Below are positions 1 through 10,953 of a DNA stretch of 49,884 nucleotides, in pieces (position 1 is the stretch's first letter; each line of letters opens with the position of its first letter). The stretch is from assembly GCF_001194135.2 (NCBI RefSeq), contig NC_068982.1:134213276-134263159 (forward strand). The letters run 5' to 3'. The stretch comes from Octopus bimaculoides (lineage: Eukaryota). The notes beneath the pieces were generated by a model. It did no database searches, was not told where the DNA came from, and saw only the letters and a list, made by a program, of their open reading frames with translations. The position numbers and the translations under genes were made by a program.

Positions 1-43
1 TGTGTGTGCGTGCGCGTGCGTGTGTGCTTTCGTGCATGTGTGA

Positions 44-321
44 GGGGTTCCACAATCGCAATTTATTTCAATTACTCTTGTGAGGATATTCACGTAAATC
101 ATTTTTTTCATTTAATCCACATTTTAATTTTCGTAAAAGTTTCCAAGTACCAATGAAGCTTTTTGGCGCATCTTCAATTTTCCAATTCATGAGAGGTGCC
201 CAGTCATCATTCATCTGAGAGTCCATCTACAGAATGTCCTCAGATTTCTATACAGCATATTTTGCTTTTTTCCTTCCAGTATATAAGCAACAATTTCATT
301 CCCGGGCAATGCTCTGCTAGT
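44..321 (+). mobile_element. Possible non-autonomous Helitron 3' end
   Basis: Ends CCCGGGCAATGC-TCTG-CTAG|T (CTAG at 317-320), resembling a Helitron terminal hairpin (partly deleted) plus CTRR. The 5' limit is a guess. Confidence 0.35.
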
Positions 322-324
322 ATA

Positions 325-870
325 CTAAATAGGAGAGGATAGAGAACTGAGTCTCGATAATATCTAGCTGTATGGTAACTTACTCACTGAACTCATTGCT
401 AACTGTCACAAGATCCCTGTATATGATTTCACAGCTTTCAAAAACCATTCTTTTACTCCTTATCTTTTTACCAACCATCTGATTACAGAGCAGGAGATAT
501 CCTATCAAAGGTGATCTCCACATCAACAAATGCTAGAGAGAATGGCTTGCTCTTGAATAACTACTTTTCCTAAGATGAAAACTCCACATCAGGAAGACAG
601 CATCAGTAGAGTTCCATCCTGATACAAACTCAAACTATTTTTCATACAAACTTATCTTCATAATTAGTTGTAGCTCTTTCTGTTGAACTTGGTCTATCAG
701 TGTGATAATGCTGTAGATGCTTCTATTGAAAACATCTCTTTTGACATTGAAGTAGATGATGATACCACTAATTGGAAGTAATATCTTCTTATGATATTTG
801 ATTGACCACACGATAACTCTATTCAGTTATTTAACTTGCAAAAAATGGCAGCCAACACTTCTATAAATAC
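325..870 (-). pseudogene. Highly decayed RTE-clade LINE reverse transcriptase fragment
   Basis: Minus-strand peptides FEFVSGWNSTDAVFL and KPFSLAFVDVEITFDR match the QFGFVPGRSTTDAIFL...KPLYLAFV motifs seen at 23.1-23.3 kb. Confidence 0.65.
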
Positions 871-1219
871 AGATAAAAAATCTTGGATCTTTCTGATTTG
901 GCGGACACCATTTTTTATTTAGTGCGTTTTCTACCGAAACACTTTAAAACTTTGTATACTTGTATATTTTGTCTTATAGAACAGAGAAAAATTTTTATAT
1001 TCGAAGTTATTTCATGTAAAAAGTTGTCGTATTTCGGTAATTTCAACCAATCACTGACGTCTACTGAGGTGAAAACAATTACTGCTGTGGTTTGTCAATA
1101 ACACGTTGTGGCGGTGTAATGGGACCTCTTCCCTTGAATAAAATTACTTCCATTGTTTATCAACAACAACTATCGGCGGTACTGTTATTTATAATATCGT
1201 TCGTGCGTTTGTACTGGTT

Positions 1220-1404
1220 TTAGCTTTAGGGTTTTAGGGTTAGGGTTCAGGTTTTAGAGTTAGGGTTAGGATTTTAGGGTTAGGGTTAGGGCTATGAGTA
1301 TTTTTGCCAAATTTGGTGAAAATCTGTTCAATACACCGCCACAAATTTTTCACCAAATTTGGCAAAAACACTCATAACCCTCACCCTAACCCTAACCCTA
1401 AAAC
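1220..1404. repeat. Degenerate (TTAGGG)n tract, inverted-repeat hairpin, then (CCCTAA)n
   Basis: Arms ~1272-1322 and ~1346-1404 share GGGYTATGAGTRTTTTTGCCAAATTTGGTGAAAA, with a loop of ~22 nt and telomere-type hexamers pointing outward. Confidence 0.85.
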
Positions 1405-1592
1405 CGTTAGCAAGGAAAGACACACAAATAAGAAAGAAGAAAGCAAAGGACCACTGATGAGGTCATGGAAGTGTAACAAAAAAACTCTGGCCGAAATACA
1501 ATTAATGTAAAATAAAGCTGAAGCAAATTAACACCATGTGTTTTAATTGGCTAAACTGGCAACGTGACCATCCCCAAATACAATAATATATA

Positions 1593-2242
1593 TGTAGTGA
1601 AACCACCTCTCTCACGGTTATTTATTTACAAATGCGAACGTAGCAGGTAACAACTCTTTCCCGCCTTGCTGTGTCATCACCTGACTGACTTTTATTTTCG
1701 CAGCAATTGCCACCAGTCCTTTCGCGCCAGGAGGCAAACCGACCAACCGTGGCCATCTAATAAGGTCAAGTGAGAGAGTGTTTTCTGATGCTCTCTGGAG
1801 CCTCTCTGAATCTATAAATAGCCTAATTTATATGCGCCAATTTGTCGCGGCTTCAGATCTTCTAAGATCTGGTCGTAGACCACACAGCACCAACCAACCA
1901 GCCAGTTCCAGCGACGACATCAACAGCATCGTTCAACTGTTTACTACAATCCTCGTCCCCAACGTCAACACGACTCTACGTACACAAGCAACCAAACAGC
2001 AACCGCAGCTTCTCAACCCTGTTTGTGTGATTTGCTCACCACAAATTAACAGCCAGAACTCAACCTGCGAAGAACATCTGTATCAAGAATCCGGCCCGGC
2101 ATTGAAGACTCAACTGTACGACTAGTGACTTAGCTCTGCCTCAACCTTAACCTCTTATATACAGACTTTCTAACTACTGTGTACCTTAACAGAACTGGTA
2201 TTTCCTTATCCTGGTGGCTGGACTTCTAACGTACTTATTACA
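1593..2242 (-). mobile_element. Putative solo LTR (~650 bp)
   Basis: TGTAAT...ACTACA termini on the minus strand, TATATAA near the 5' end, AATAAA near the 3' end, CpG-rich and non-coding. There is no TSD (ATATA vs GACTC). Confidence 0.4.
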
Positions 2243-2744
2243 GACTCTTTCTATGCTTTGTATCTCTTGCATTCACATACATATATTTGTATACACACAT
2301 TTTGTTTACATGACGGCCTGTCTTATATTGTGTTTTATTATGTCGCATTCACACACACACAGACAAACAGTTTAATGCTCCAGTAAACCTTACTGTTATT
2401 CATCTTTATCGGTTGTGCTTCTATCTTTTCCTTACTGGCACTCCTTCGCATTTCACATGCGAATTCTCTATGTTATAGTATTATAACATATCATTATATT
2501 TTGTGTCGACCGTGCGACGCGTTAAAAAAGGAGCCTGTTTCCATTCGTCAGCATTTCTCCTTTGGTTCGCACGGTCGTCCACATATATATTAGATGGACA
2601 GGGACAACTGACAAAGGGATATACTCTTTATGTTGCATGTCTCGTTTCTCTGTTTGTTTTTGCGTTGTTCGAAAAAAGTTTGTTTTCTGTTTTTGTTTTT
2701 CGTTTCTCATTGTATTTAACATTTTTTTTATGTCCTGTACCCAT

Positions 2745-2841
2745 ATATGCATGTATGTATACATATAGATGTAGGTATGTACATATATGTATGGATATAT
2801 GCATACCTATATATTTATATTATATATATATATAAATATAA

Positions 2842-2876
<35 letters not shown>

Positions 2877-3975
2877 CATACACATATATATATACATACA
2901 CACATATATATANNNNNNNNNNNNNNNNNNNNNNNNNNNNNNNNNNNNNNNNNNNNNNNNNNNNNNNNNNNNNNNNNNNNNNNNNNNNNNNNNNNNNNNN
3001 NNNNNNNNNNNNNNNNNNNNNNNNNNNNNNNNNNNNNNNNNNNNNNNNNNNNNNNNNNNNNNNNNNNNNNNNNNNNNNNNNNNNNNNNNNNNNNNNNNNN
3101 NNNNNNNNNNNNNNNNNNNNNNNNNNNNNNNNNNNNNNNNNNNNNNNNNNNNNNNNNNNNNNNNNNNNNNNNNNNNNNNNNNNNNNNNNNNNNNNNNNNN
3201 NNNNNNNNNNNNNNNNNNNNNNNNNNNNNNNNNNNNNNNNNNNNNNNNNNNNNNNNNNNNNNNNNNNNNNNNNNNNNNNNNNNNNNNNNNNNNNNNNNNN
3301 NNNNNNNNNNNNNNNNNNNNNNNNNNNNNNNNNNNNNNNNNNNNNNNNNNNNNNNNNNNNNNNNNNNNNNNNNNNNNNNNNNNNNNNNNNNNNNNNNNNN
3401 NNNNNNNNNNNNNNNNNNNNNNNNNNNNNNNNNNNNNNNNNNNNNNNNNNNNNNNNNNNNNNNNNNNNNNNNNNNNNNNNNNNNNNNNNNNNNNNNNNNN
3501 NNNNNNNNNNNNNNNNNNNNNNNNNNNNNNNNNNNNNNNNNNNNNNNNNNNNNNNNNNNNNNNNNNNNNNNNNNNNNNNNNNNNNNNNNNNNNNNNNNNN
3601 NNNNNNNNNNNNNNNNNNNNNNNNNNNNNNNNNNNNNNNNNNNNNNNNNNNNNNNNNNNNNNNNNNNNNNNNNNNNNNNNNNNNNNNNNNNNNNNNNNNN
3701 NNNNNNNNNNNNNNNNNNNNNNNNNGATGATGATGATGATGATGATATATATACACACACACACACACATATATATTCATATATATATATATACACACAT
3801 ACACATATATATATACATACACACATATATATATATATATACATACACACACATATATATATATATACATACACACACACATATATATATATATATATAC
3901 ATACACATATATATATACATACACACATATATATACATACACATATATATATATGTATATACATACACACATATA
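2745..3975. repeat. Compound (AT)/(AC)/(GAT) microsatellite spanning an N gap
   Basis: Directly visible; N run 2913-3725. Confidence 0.95.
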
Positions 3976-4457
3976 CGCTTGAATGGTGACGTTGATTTTT
4001 AAAAATAAAATATGGAAAAATAAAAATCAGGTCAAGTCATTTTACTTGACTTTACATCTGTCCGCCACAAATATTGGAATCATAAAATCACTAGAAAACC
4101 ATTAAAAGCACATAAAATCATGTTACTGTACAATAAATAATAAAAGCATATAAAATCATACTAAAATACATACAGTAAATCTTAAGATACACATCATAAA
4201 GTAGTGTAGCTTAGTGAATGAAATCATGAAATCAGCTATCTTATTTATCGGTCTTTCAGAGCACATATTGCATTGTAGTTCCAATATCTACCGTTAGGCA
4301 TCATTGTCACTCATGATTCCCGTGACTGTTTTGAATTCAGATTTGTGTATGTCTGTTTATCGGCTACTTTCTCATTCTCATTCATTTGTGACTTTATTTT
4401 TTTGTCCCCAAGGCTCTTAAGAAAATTCATAGTGAAAGTGCTAAGTGTCATGCTATA

Positions 4458-6630
4458 ATGCTGGAAGATAAACTGGCTGTGATAAAATGCCATGGAAAAG
4501 GTGAAAAAGTGGTAGCAATTGCACAATCTTTTGGGATGAGTCAGACAACTGTATCGACGATTGTACATAATAAGGACAAGATTTTAGCACATATCAAATC
4601 TGAAGCCCCAGGGATGAAGAACACTGTCGTCAATAAGAAAAGAGGCAAAATCTTTGAAGAAATGGAAAGTCTTCTTTCTCTTTGGATTGTTAGGTTGAAT
4701 CATCAGCATGCTACTATTAGTCAAGAAATCATTCAAGAGAAAGTGTTGTCTTTATTTGAGGAGCTGAAGGAAAAATATCCAGATGAGAAAGATATAGAGT
4801 TCAAGGCAAGTCTAGGATGGTTCATGAGATTTAAGGAGTGAAGAAGTTATCAATCCATTAAGAAGCAACATGAAAGTGCATCAGCTGACAAAAAAGCAGC
4901 AGCAGTGGAATTTCCTAATGCATTAAAGAAAATCATTAAAGAAAACGGGTTTCTTCCCAAACAGACTTTTAACATGGACAAAACTGGATTGTTTGGAAAA
5001 AGTTGCCTGACTGTTCATTTATTTCCAAAGAGGAAAACACTATTCCAGACTACAAGGTCTCAAAAGAACGTGTGGCCATTATGTCGGGAGGTAATTGTGC
5101 AGGAGATTTTAAGTTAATGTCATTGCTTGTGAATCATGCCCACAACACCCGTGCCCTGAAGAACATACCCAAGGCATCTCACCCTATTATATGGATGGCT
5201 AATTCAAAAGCATGGGTTACTGTTGTTGTTTTTGAAGACTGGGTCTTCAATCATTTTATCCCAGTAGCAGAGAAGTACTGTAAGGGGAAGAGAATTCCAT
5301 TCAAGGTTTTACTTATCTTAGATAATGCTCCTGGCCACCCACAAAACATTGTAGATTTTGACCCCAATGTTACCATCATATACCTCCCTCTGAACACCAC
5401 ATCTCTTCTGCAGCCAATGGATCAGGGAATAATTGCTATCTTCAAGCATTACTATATAAAGAGTATGTTGCAGCAAGCAATAGCTGCAACTGATCTTGAT
5501 GAGTCCATCACACTTCATGACTTTTGGAAGAGATACAATATCTACAAGACTGTACAGAACATAGCAGCAGCATGGANNNNNNNNNNCTTTTGGAAGAGAT
5601 ACAATATCTACAAGACTGTACAGAACATAGCAGCAGCATGGAATGATGTACAGAGCATGGCTATGAATGGTGTATGGAAGAAGCTATGCCCACAATTCGT
5701 GAATGAATTTAAGAGGTTTTACATTGGGCCTCACCGAGGCGATGACTACTGACCGAGACCTTTGGAAATGTGCTGTGCGTGAGAAGACCCGGCAAGCCAA
5801 GTAAGATCGTTGCAAGTGCCCCTGGACTGGTTCTTGTGCGGGTGGCACATGAGATGCACCATTTTGAGCGTGGCCGTTGCCAGTACCGCCTGACTGGCTC
5901 CTGTAGGATTTTCGAGCGAGATCGTTGCCAGTGCCCCTGGACTGGCTTGTGAGGGTGGCACATAAAAGACACCTTTTCGAGCGTGGCCGTTTTCGTGCAG
6001 GTGACACGTAAAAGCACCCACTACACTCTCTGAGTGGTTGGCGTTAGGAAGGGCATCCAGCTGTAGAAACTCTGCCAAATCAGACTGGAGCCTGGTGTTG
6101 CCATCCGGTTTCACCAGTCCTCAGTCAAATCGTCCAACCCATGCTAGCATGGAAAGCGGACGTTAAACGATGATGATGATGATGATGATGATAATGTAGC
6201 CATCAACAAAACATTGGTGAATACAAACAAAGAACTGGAAATGGATTTGGAGGAGGGGGATTTCACAGATTTATTTGAAAAAGACAAGCAGCCCCTGACA
6301 AATGAGGATTTGATAGAGCTTCAGGAGCAGCAAAATAAAGAAGAAGAGGAAGTCGAATCTGAGCCATGTCACTTTACTATTAAGAAAATGTAGCAATCAT
6401 TTGCATATATCAGAAAAGGTCTTTCTATGTTCGAGATATGAATCCAAATGCCCAATGTTTTTCCAAGATTATGGGGGCTTATTATGCTCCTTATAATGTT
6501 ATCCTTGAAGAAAAGAAGAAGACAGTTCAAGGGACTTTCAACTGTTCTTTTAAGCGCATTGAACAACAAAAACAGCCAAAGTCAGCTGTTGATGTTGACA
6601 ATCCACAGTCATCTACATCTACAATGTAAA
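4458..6630 (+). pseudogene. Tigger-type transposase pseudogene (HTH_psq/CENP-B HTH + DDE_1)
   Basis: Motifs FKASLGWFMRFKE, FNMDKTGLF, LLILDNAPGH, LLQPMDQGII, WKKLCPQFV. The C-terminus (LTNEDLIELQEQ) resumes after the insertion at ~6193. Stop at 4839-4841 and frameshifts. Confidence 0.9.
5721..6192 (+). mobile_element. 5'-truncated RTE LINE 3' end inserted in the Tigger transposase
   Basis: Starts with TLGLTEAMTTDRDLWKCAVREKTRQAK*, then the shared 3' UTR and (GAT)n tail. Confidence 0.9.
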
Positions 6631-7252
6631 CCACCAAATTGTATGTACATATTGGTACATTTAAAATAATTTAGTATTTTTTTACTATTGCAAAATAATA
6701 ATTATTACCGAATTTTTTTTTAAGCTTAAAAAAAGGCTTTTATTTTACCAAGTGTCATTGCAAACTGCATTCATAAATAAAGTGTCCGCGATGTGCGGTA
6801 AACATCACCAAATTGTATTCATAAATTTAGATTACTATTTTTTTACTGTACTGTATTAAAAAATGAATATAATTTGTTTGTAAGCTTAAAATAGGTTTTT
6901 ATTAACCATGTATTATTGAAAATGCATTCATAAATAAAGTACAGAATTGGGAATGGTTATTAACGGTTTAGCCTGGAGCCAAGTAAATTTGACCTTGCCT
7001 AGCCTAGAGACAAGTTAATTCAACTGAAGTTGTTTTTCGACTTAAGTCATGACTCCTGAGACCAATTAATGACACAGTGTGAGGTATGCCTGAATTTAAA
7101 ACATACTACTTCAGTTTAAAACGTTGGAATAAAAATACATGTAAAAAAATAAATATTCACTCATGAAAGTAATTAATATTTTGAGTTATCACTATTCTAA
7201 TAAATCAGATTTGGCAATATCAATAATATTAGAATTCATATCAAAGACTTAC

Positions 7253-7371
7253 GGAGTATTATAGTTTTGCTATATTCACTGCTGTTTCTCCCAAGAGAAT
7301 GTACAATGATAGATAAATTATATGATTTTCCAGCTACCAGATTCGTAAATGTATGTGTGTTTGTGTTTTCC
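7253..7371 (-). CDS. Exon 6: C-terminal half of FN3 domain 3 (ENTNTHTFTNLVAGKSYNLSIIVHSLGRNSSEYSKTIIL)
   Basis: Acceptor TCTTTTATTTTTAAG|, donor C|GTAAGT; 119 nt, phase 2 to phase 1. Contains the FN3 'F..L..G..Y...I' motif. I found no downstream exon inside the window. Confidence 0.88.
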
Positions 7372-7956
7372 CTTAAAAATAAAAGATTCATAATTGACAT
7401 ATATTGAAGACAATACAAACTCAAGTTCAAACATTACAAGCATCTCATTTACATAGTTTATAGATTAAGTTTTAAAACCCTGTGTCTCAAATATCTGCTA
7501 TCGATACCAAGTTATACACCACATGAAGATGCAATTCAAATAGCATTGTTGTTTGTGGTTGAAAACTGGAAATAAGCAAAGTTTATCCTCATTTTAGCTT
7601 TACAAAGATTTCTTCCTTGCACCATGTGTTTTTATTTTTTGCATTTTATCAAGTGAATTTTTCTTCATTTAAATTTTGAGCATAAAAGCAGTTAATACTT
7701 CATGCAGTGAGAATTAGGTGTTATTCATTCTAAATGATTTAATTGGGAAAATACAGCATGGACTCATAGAAAATAATTTTAGTGATATTTAAGTGTCATA
7801 TATAAATACCAGCTTTCTAAATGACATCAGAATTTATCAATTCTGAGAAGTAGTGGAGTCATCACATAGTTGATATTACATCTATGCTTTCATTAGAGAA
7901 TGGTAAGAATTAAAACTAAAAAGATTTATTTTGTGATATATTCTAAATATTTCCAT

Positions 7957-9021
7957 AGGCGTAAGAGTGGCTGTGTGGTAAGTAGCTTGATTACCAACCA
8001 CATGGTTGCGGGTTCAATCCCACTGTGTGGCACCTTGAGCAAGTGTCTTCTACTATAGCCTCAGGCCGACCAAAGCCTTGTGAGTGGATTTGGTAGACGG
8101 AAACTGAAAGAAGCCCGTCGTATATATGTATATATATATATGTATGGGCGACACATGAAATCTTTCGAGCGAGATCGTTGCCGGTGCCCCTGGGCTGGCT
8201 CTTGTGCGGGTGACACAAGAGGTTTTACGAGCGAGATCGTTGCCGGTGCCACTGGACTGGCTCATGTNNNNNNNNNNNNNNNNNNNNNNNNNNNNNNNNN
8301 NNNNNNNNNNNNNNNNNNNNNNNNNNNNNNNNNNNNNNNNNNNNNNNNNNNNNNNNNNNNNNNNNNNNNNNNNNNNNNNNNNNNNNNNNNNNNNNNNNNN
8401 NNNNNNNNNNNNNNNNNNNNNNNNNNNNNNNNNNNNNNNNNNNNNNNNNNNNNNNNNNNNNNNNNNNNNNNNNNNNNNNNNNNNNNNNNNNNNNNNNNNN
8501 NNNNNNNNNNNNNNNNNNNNNNNNNNNNNNNNNNNNNNNNNNNNNNNNNNNNNNNNNNNNNNNNNNNNNNNNNNNNNNNNNNNNNNNNNNNNNNNNNNNN
8601 NNNNNNNNNNNNNNNNNNNNNNNNNNNNNNNNNNNNNNNNNNNNNNNNAGATCTACACTCTCTGAGTGGTTGGCGTTAGGAAGGGCATCCAGCTGTAGAA
8701 ACACTGCCAAATCAGATTGGAGCCTGGTGTAGCCATCTGGTTTCACCAGTCCTCAGTCAAATCGTCCAACCCATGCTAGCATGGAAAGCGGACGTTAAAC
8801 GACGACGACGACGTATGTGTGTGTATATGTTTGTGTGTCTGTGTTTGTCCCCGCAACATCGCTTGACAACCGATGCTGGTGTGTTTACGTCCCCGTAACT
8901 TAGTGGTTCGGCAAAAGAGACCGATAGAATAAGTACTAGGCTTTAAGTCCTGGGGTCAATTTGCTCGACTAAAAATGGTGCTCCAGCATGGCCACAGTCA
9001 AATGACTGAAACAAGTAAAAG
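7957..9021 (+). mobile_element. tRNA-derived SINE (family A) split by an RTE 3' UTR inserted at ~8148-8813
   Basis: Box A-like TGGCTGTGTGG and box B-like GGTTCAATCCC, ACCTTGRGCAAGT core. The SINE resumes at ~8814 after the RTE tail and ends TGAAACAAGTAAAAG. Confidence 0.85.
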
Positions 9022-9574
9022 GGTATACTGGTGAGTTTAAGAATAGATTGTAATTATTGTAATAGAGTAAAAAACACTAATTTGTTTGGTCTTATAATGC
9101 TTTTGAATGGCAGAAATGAAGGCATATCCTGGAATGCTTTCCTAAAGGGAAATGTACAGCTTTCAAGTTATAAAGACTAACTGGAAATCTGAAACAGGAA
9201 ATAAATGCAGAGTAAACAGGAAATAAGTGTCTATACCTTGTAAATACATGTGGGGACACCTATGTGTAATCAACTATATTCAACCACCTTGGCAGGTGAA
9301 CGTGACAGCAAACTTTCTACTTTCTAACAAGATTGGGAAAGTTACAATTTTGAGAATTAAGGAATAATTCTTGGGAATTAAGGAATAATATCAAAACCTA
9401 AAATATTTTCAAAGATTATGTATTGAAACATACAGTTTGAGTAATGTCCACTAGATAATTACATCTAACACACAAAAATACCATCAGCTGGATTATAACA
9501 AAAATACAATTAACAGTTATATCTTACTGTTTAGTAAATCAACTGGATTTTAAAAATCAAATTAATTAATATAT

Positions 9575-9902
9575 GCCTAACTGGCATTTGTGCCGGTGGC
9601 ACGTTTAGAAAATCATTTGAGCGAGGTCGTTGCCACTGCCGCTGGACTGGCTCCTGTGCAGGTGGCACGTAAAAAACACCATTTTGAGCATGGCAGTTGC
9701 CAGTACCGCGTGACTGGCCCTCGTGCCAGTGGCACGTAAAAGCACCCACTACACTCTCGGAGTGGTTGGCGTTAGGGAGGGCATCCAGCTGTAGAAACAC
9801 TGCCAGATCGGATTGGAGCCTGGTGCAGCCATCCGGTTCACCAGTACTCACTCAAACCGTCAAACCCATGCTGGCATGGAAAGCAGACGTTAAACGACGA
9901 TG

Positions 9903-9952
<50 letters not shown>
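9575..9952 (+). mobile_element. RTE LINE 3' UTR fragment with (GAT)n tail
   Basis: Same AAGCACCCACTACACTCTC...GGACGTTAAAC(GAT)n body as the copies attached to RTE ORF ends at 5.7, 24.3 and 44.5 kb. Confidence 0.9.
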
Positions 9953-9960
9953 AAACTTAC

Positions 9961-10084
9961 TTTTCCAAACAGATGGGCACATTTGTTAAACAAGCAGTAT
10001 ATGTAAATGATGGACGTTCTACCCAAGTAACTGTAATGTTTCTTCCATTAGTTTTCACAGCAGCATTAGAAAGAGCATTAGGAT
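9961..10084 (-). CDS. Exon 5: N-terminal half of FN3 domain 3 ((D)PNALSNAAVKTNGRNITVTWVERPSFTYTACLTNVPICLE(K))
   Basis: Acceptor TTTTGTTTATTTCCAG|, donor AA|GTAAGT; 124 nt, phase 1 to phase 2, in frame with exons 4 and 6. Contains the FN3 strand-B 'ITVTW'. Confidence 0.88.
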
Positions 10085-10139
10085 CTGGAAATAAACAAAA
10101 ATTCATAGGTCTTAATTATGCAAATTAGTTTAATAACAA

Positions 10140-10435
10140 AGATAAGAAAAGATTATTTACATTATTTACATCTGATAGATATTTGTCCTCATCTTGTTTG
10201 AGGTTAACACAACGTTTCAGCTGATATACTCTCCAGCCTTCATCAAGTGTCCTAGAGAAATTTCGAATCTGGGTTCTCATTCCTAAGGTATTTTTCATTA
10301 TTATTCAAGTTACTGCCCGGAATTGAAATCGGAATCTTGGGGTTAGTAGCCCATGCTCTTAACCACTACGCCATATGCTCTTGGGAAATTATGGAGTGAA
10401 TTTTAGAGCTCATAAATCCAATATTTTCTTATCCT
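10140..10435 (-). mobile_element. Short non-autonomous element with a tRNA-like head and a hammerhead motif (Penelope/retrozyme-like); boundaries approximate
   Basis: Box A TGGCGTAGTGG at 10373-10363, decayed box B at ~10332-10318, hammerhead at 10250-10207. Confidence 0.6.
10207..10250 (-). ncRNA. Minimal type I hammerhead ribozyme motif (C3>U variant)
   Basis: Stem I ACAC/GTGT; core TTGATGA plus an extra A; stem II GGCTG/CAGCT with a 10-nt loop; GAAA; palindromic AACGTT in place of stem III; predicted GUU cleavage after 10211. Confidence 0.65.
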
Positions 10436-10953
10436 TCCTTAATACCGGTTCCCATATGTTACTCATATCTGCACTCGGTCTGCTTAGGAGGTTATTATGT
10501 CCTAGCATATGTGTTGCTTCTTTTAGTTTTCGTATTTTCGAGTGGTGTTCTCTGTCTATTATTTTTACTTCATCCCAAAGGGTGAAGTGGTCTCAAATAG
10601 AGGACTGGATAAGAAAAAATATGTTAATAAAATAGTGTGAAATTATATGATCCATAATGACATAGCATTAAAACAGTTAATTAAATAGGTTGCTCCCAAA
10701 AATTACATAGGTAAAGTAAAAAAAAAAAATTCTTTATCAAACTAGAAATTTTCTTCATTATAAGTTAAATCTCTAACCATGAAAATGAATTTCTCTTTAA
10801 CCTTCTAAAGTTTTAATAGCATTATTTCCTTCATAGAAATACATTTATTCCTGATCTAATTTTAGGAAATTTATTTTTGCTGTTTTGATTAAGATCATAC
10901 AAGCAAAGTCAAATTTATATTTCTGAAAAAGAATTTTAAATTTGCTTACTTAC

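Larger units (their letters stand above)
4000..7092 (+). mobile_element. Tigger/pogo-family DNA transposon (decayed; interrupted by an RTE 3' end)
   Basis: Right TIR at 7071-7092; its reverse complement CAGGCATACCTCACACTGTGTC is Tigger-like. Transposase remnant inside. Left TIR not seen. ~160-bp tandem duplication at 6660-6940. Confidence 0.85.

Noticed and set aside
2747-4002. Long ORFs of 300-400 aa (also at 8080-8746, 41127-41629 and 43593-44451)
   Set aside because: Artefacts of N gaps and (AT)/(AC) microsatellites, which lack stops.
5521-5642. Exact 56-bp direct repeat inside the Tigger transposase
   Set aside because: The copies flank a 10-N gap, so this is a contig-overlap assembly artefact.
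4458-5752. Tigger transposase as a domesticated TIGD/CENP-B-like gene
   Set aside because: In-frame stop, frameshifts, an RTE insertion and a retained TIR indicate a dead transposon.
5800-6010. Repeat-spacer-like units resembling a CRISPR array
   Set aside because: The units are part of an RTE 3' UTR present in many dispersed copies, there are no unique spacers, and the context is eukaryotic.
9520-9560. Possible donor CA|GTAAGA on the minus strand between exons 5 and 6
   Set aside because: Exons 5 and 6 already join in phase and complete the FN3 domain; no coding-like exon body here.
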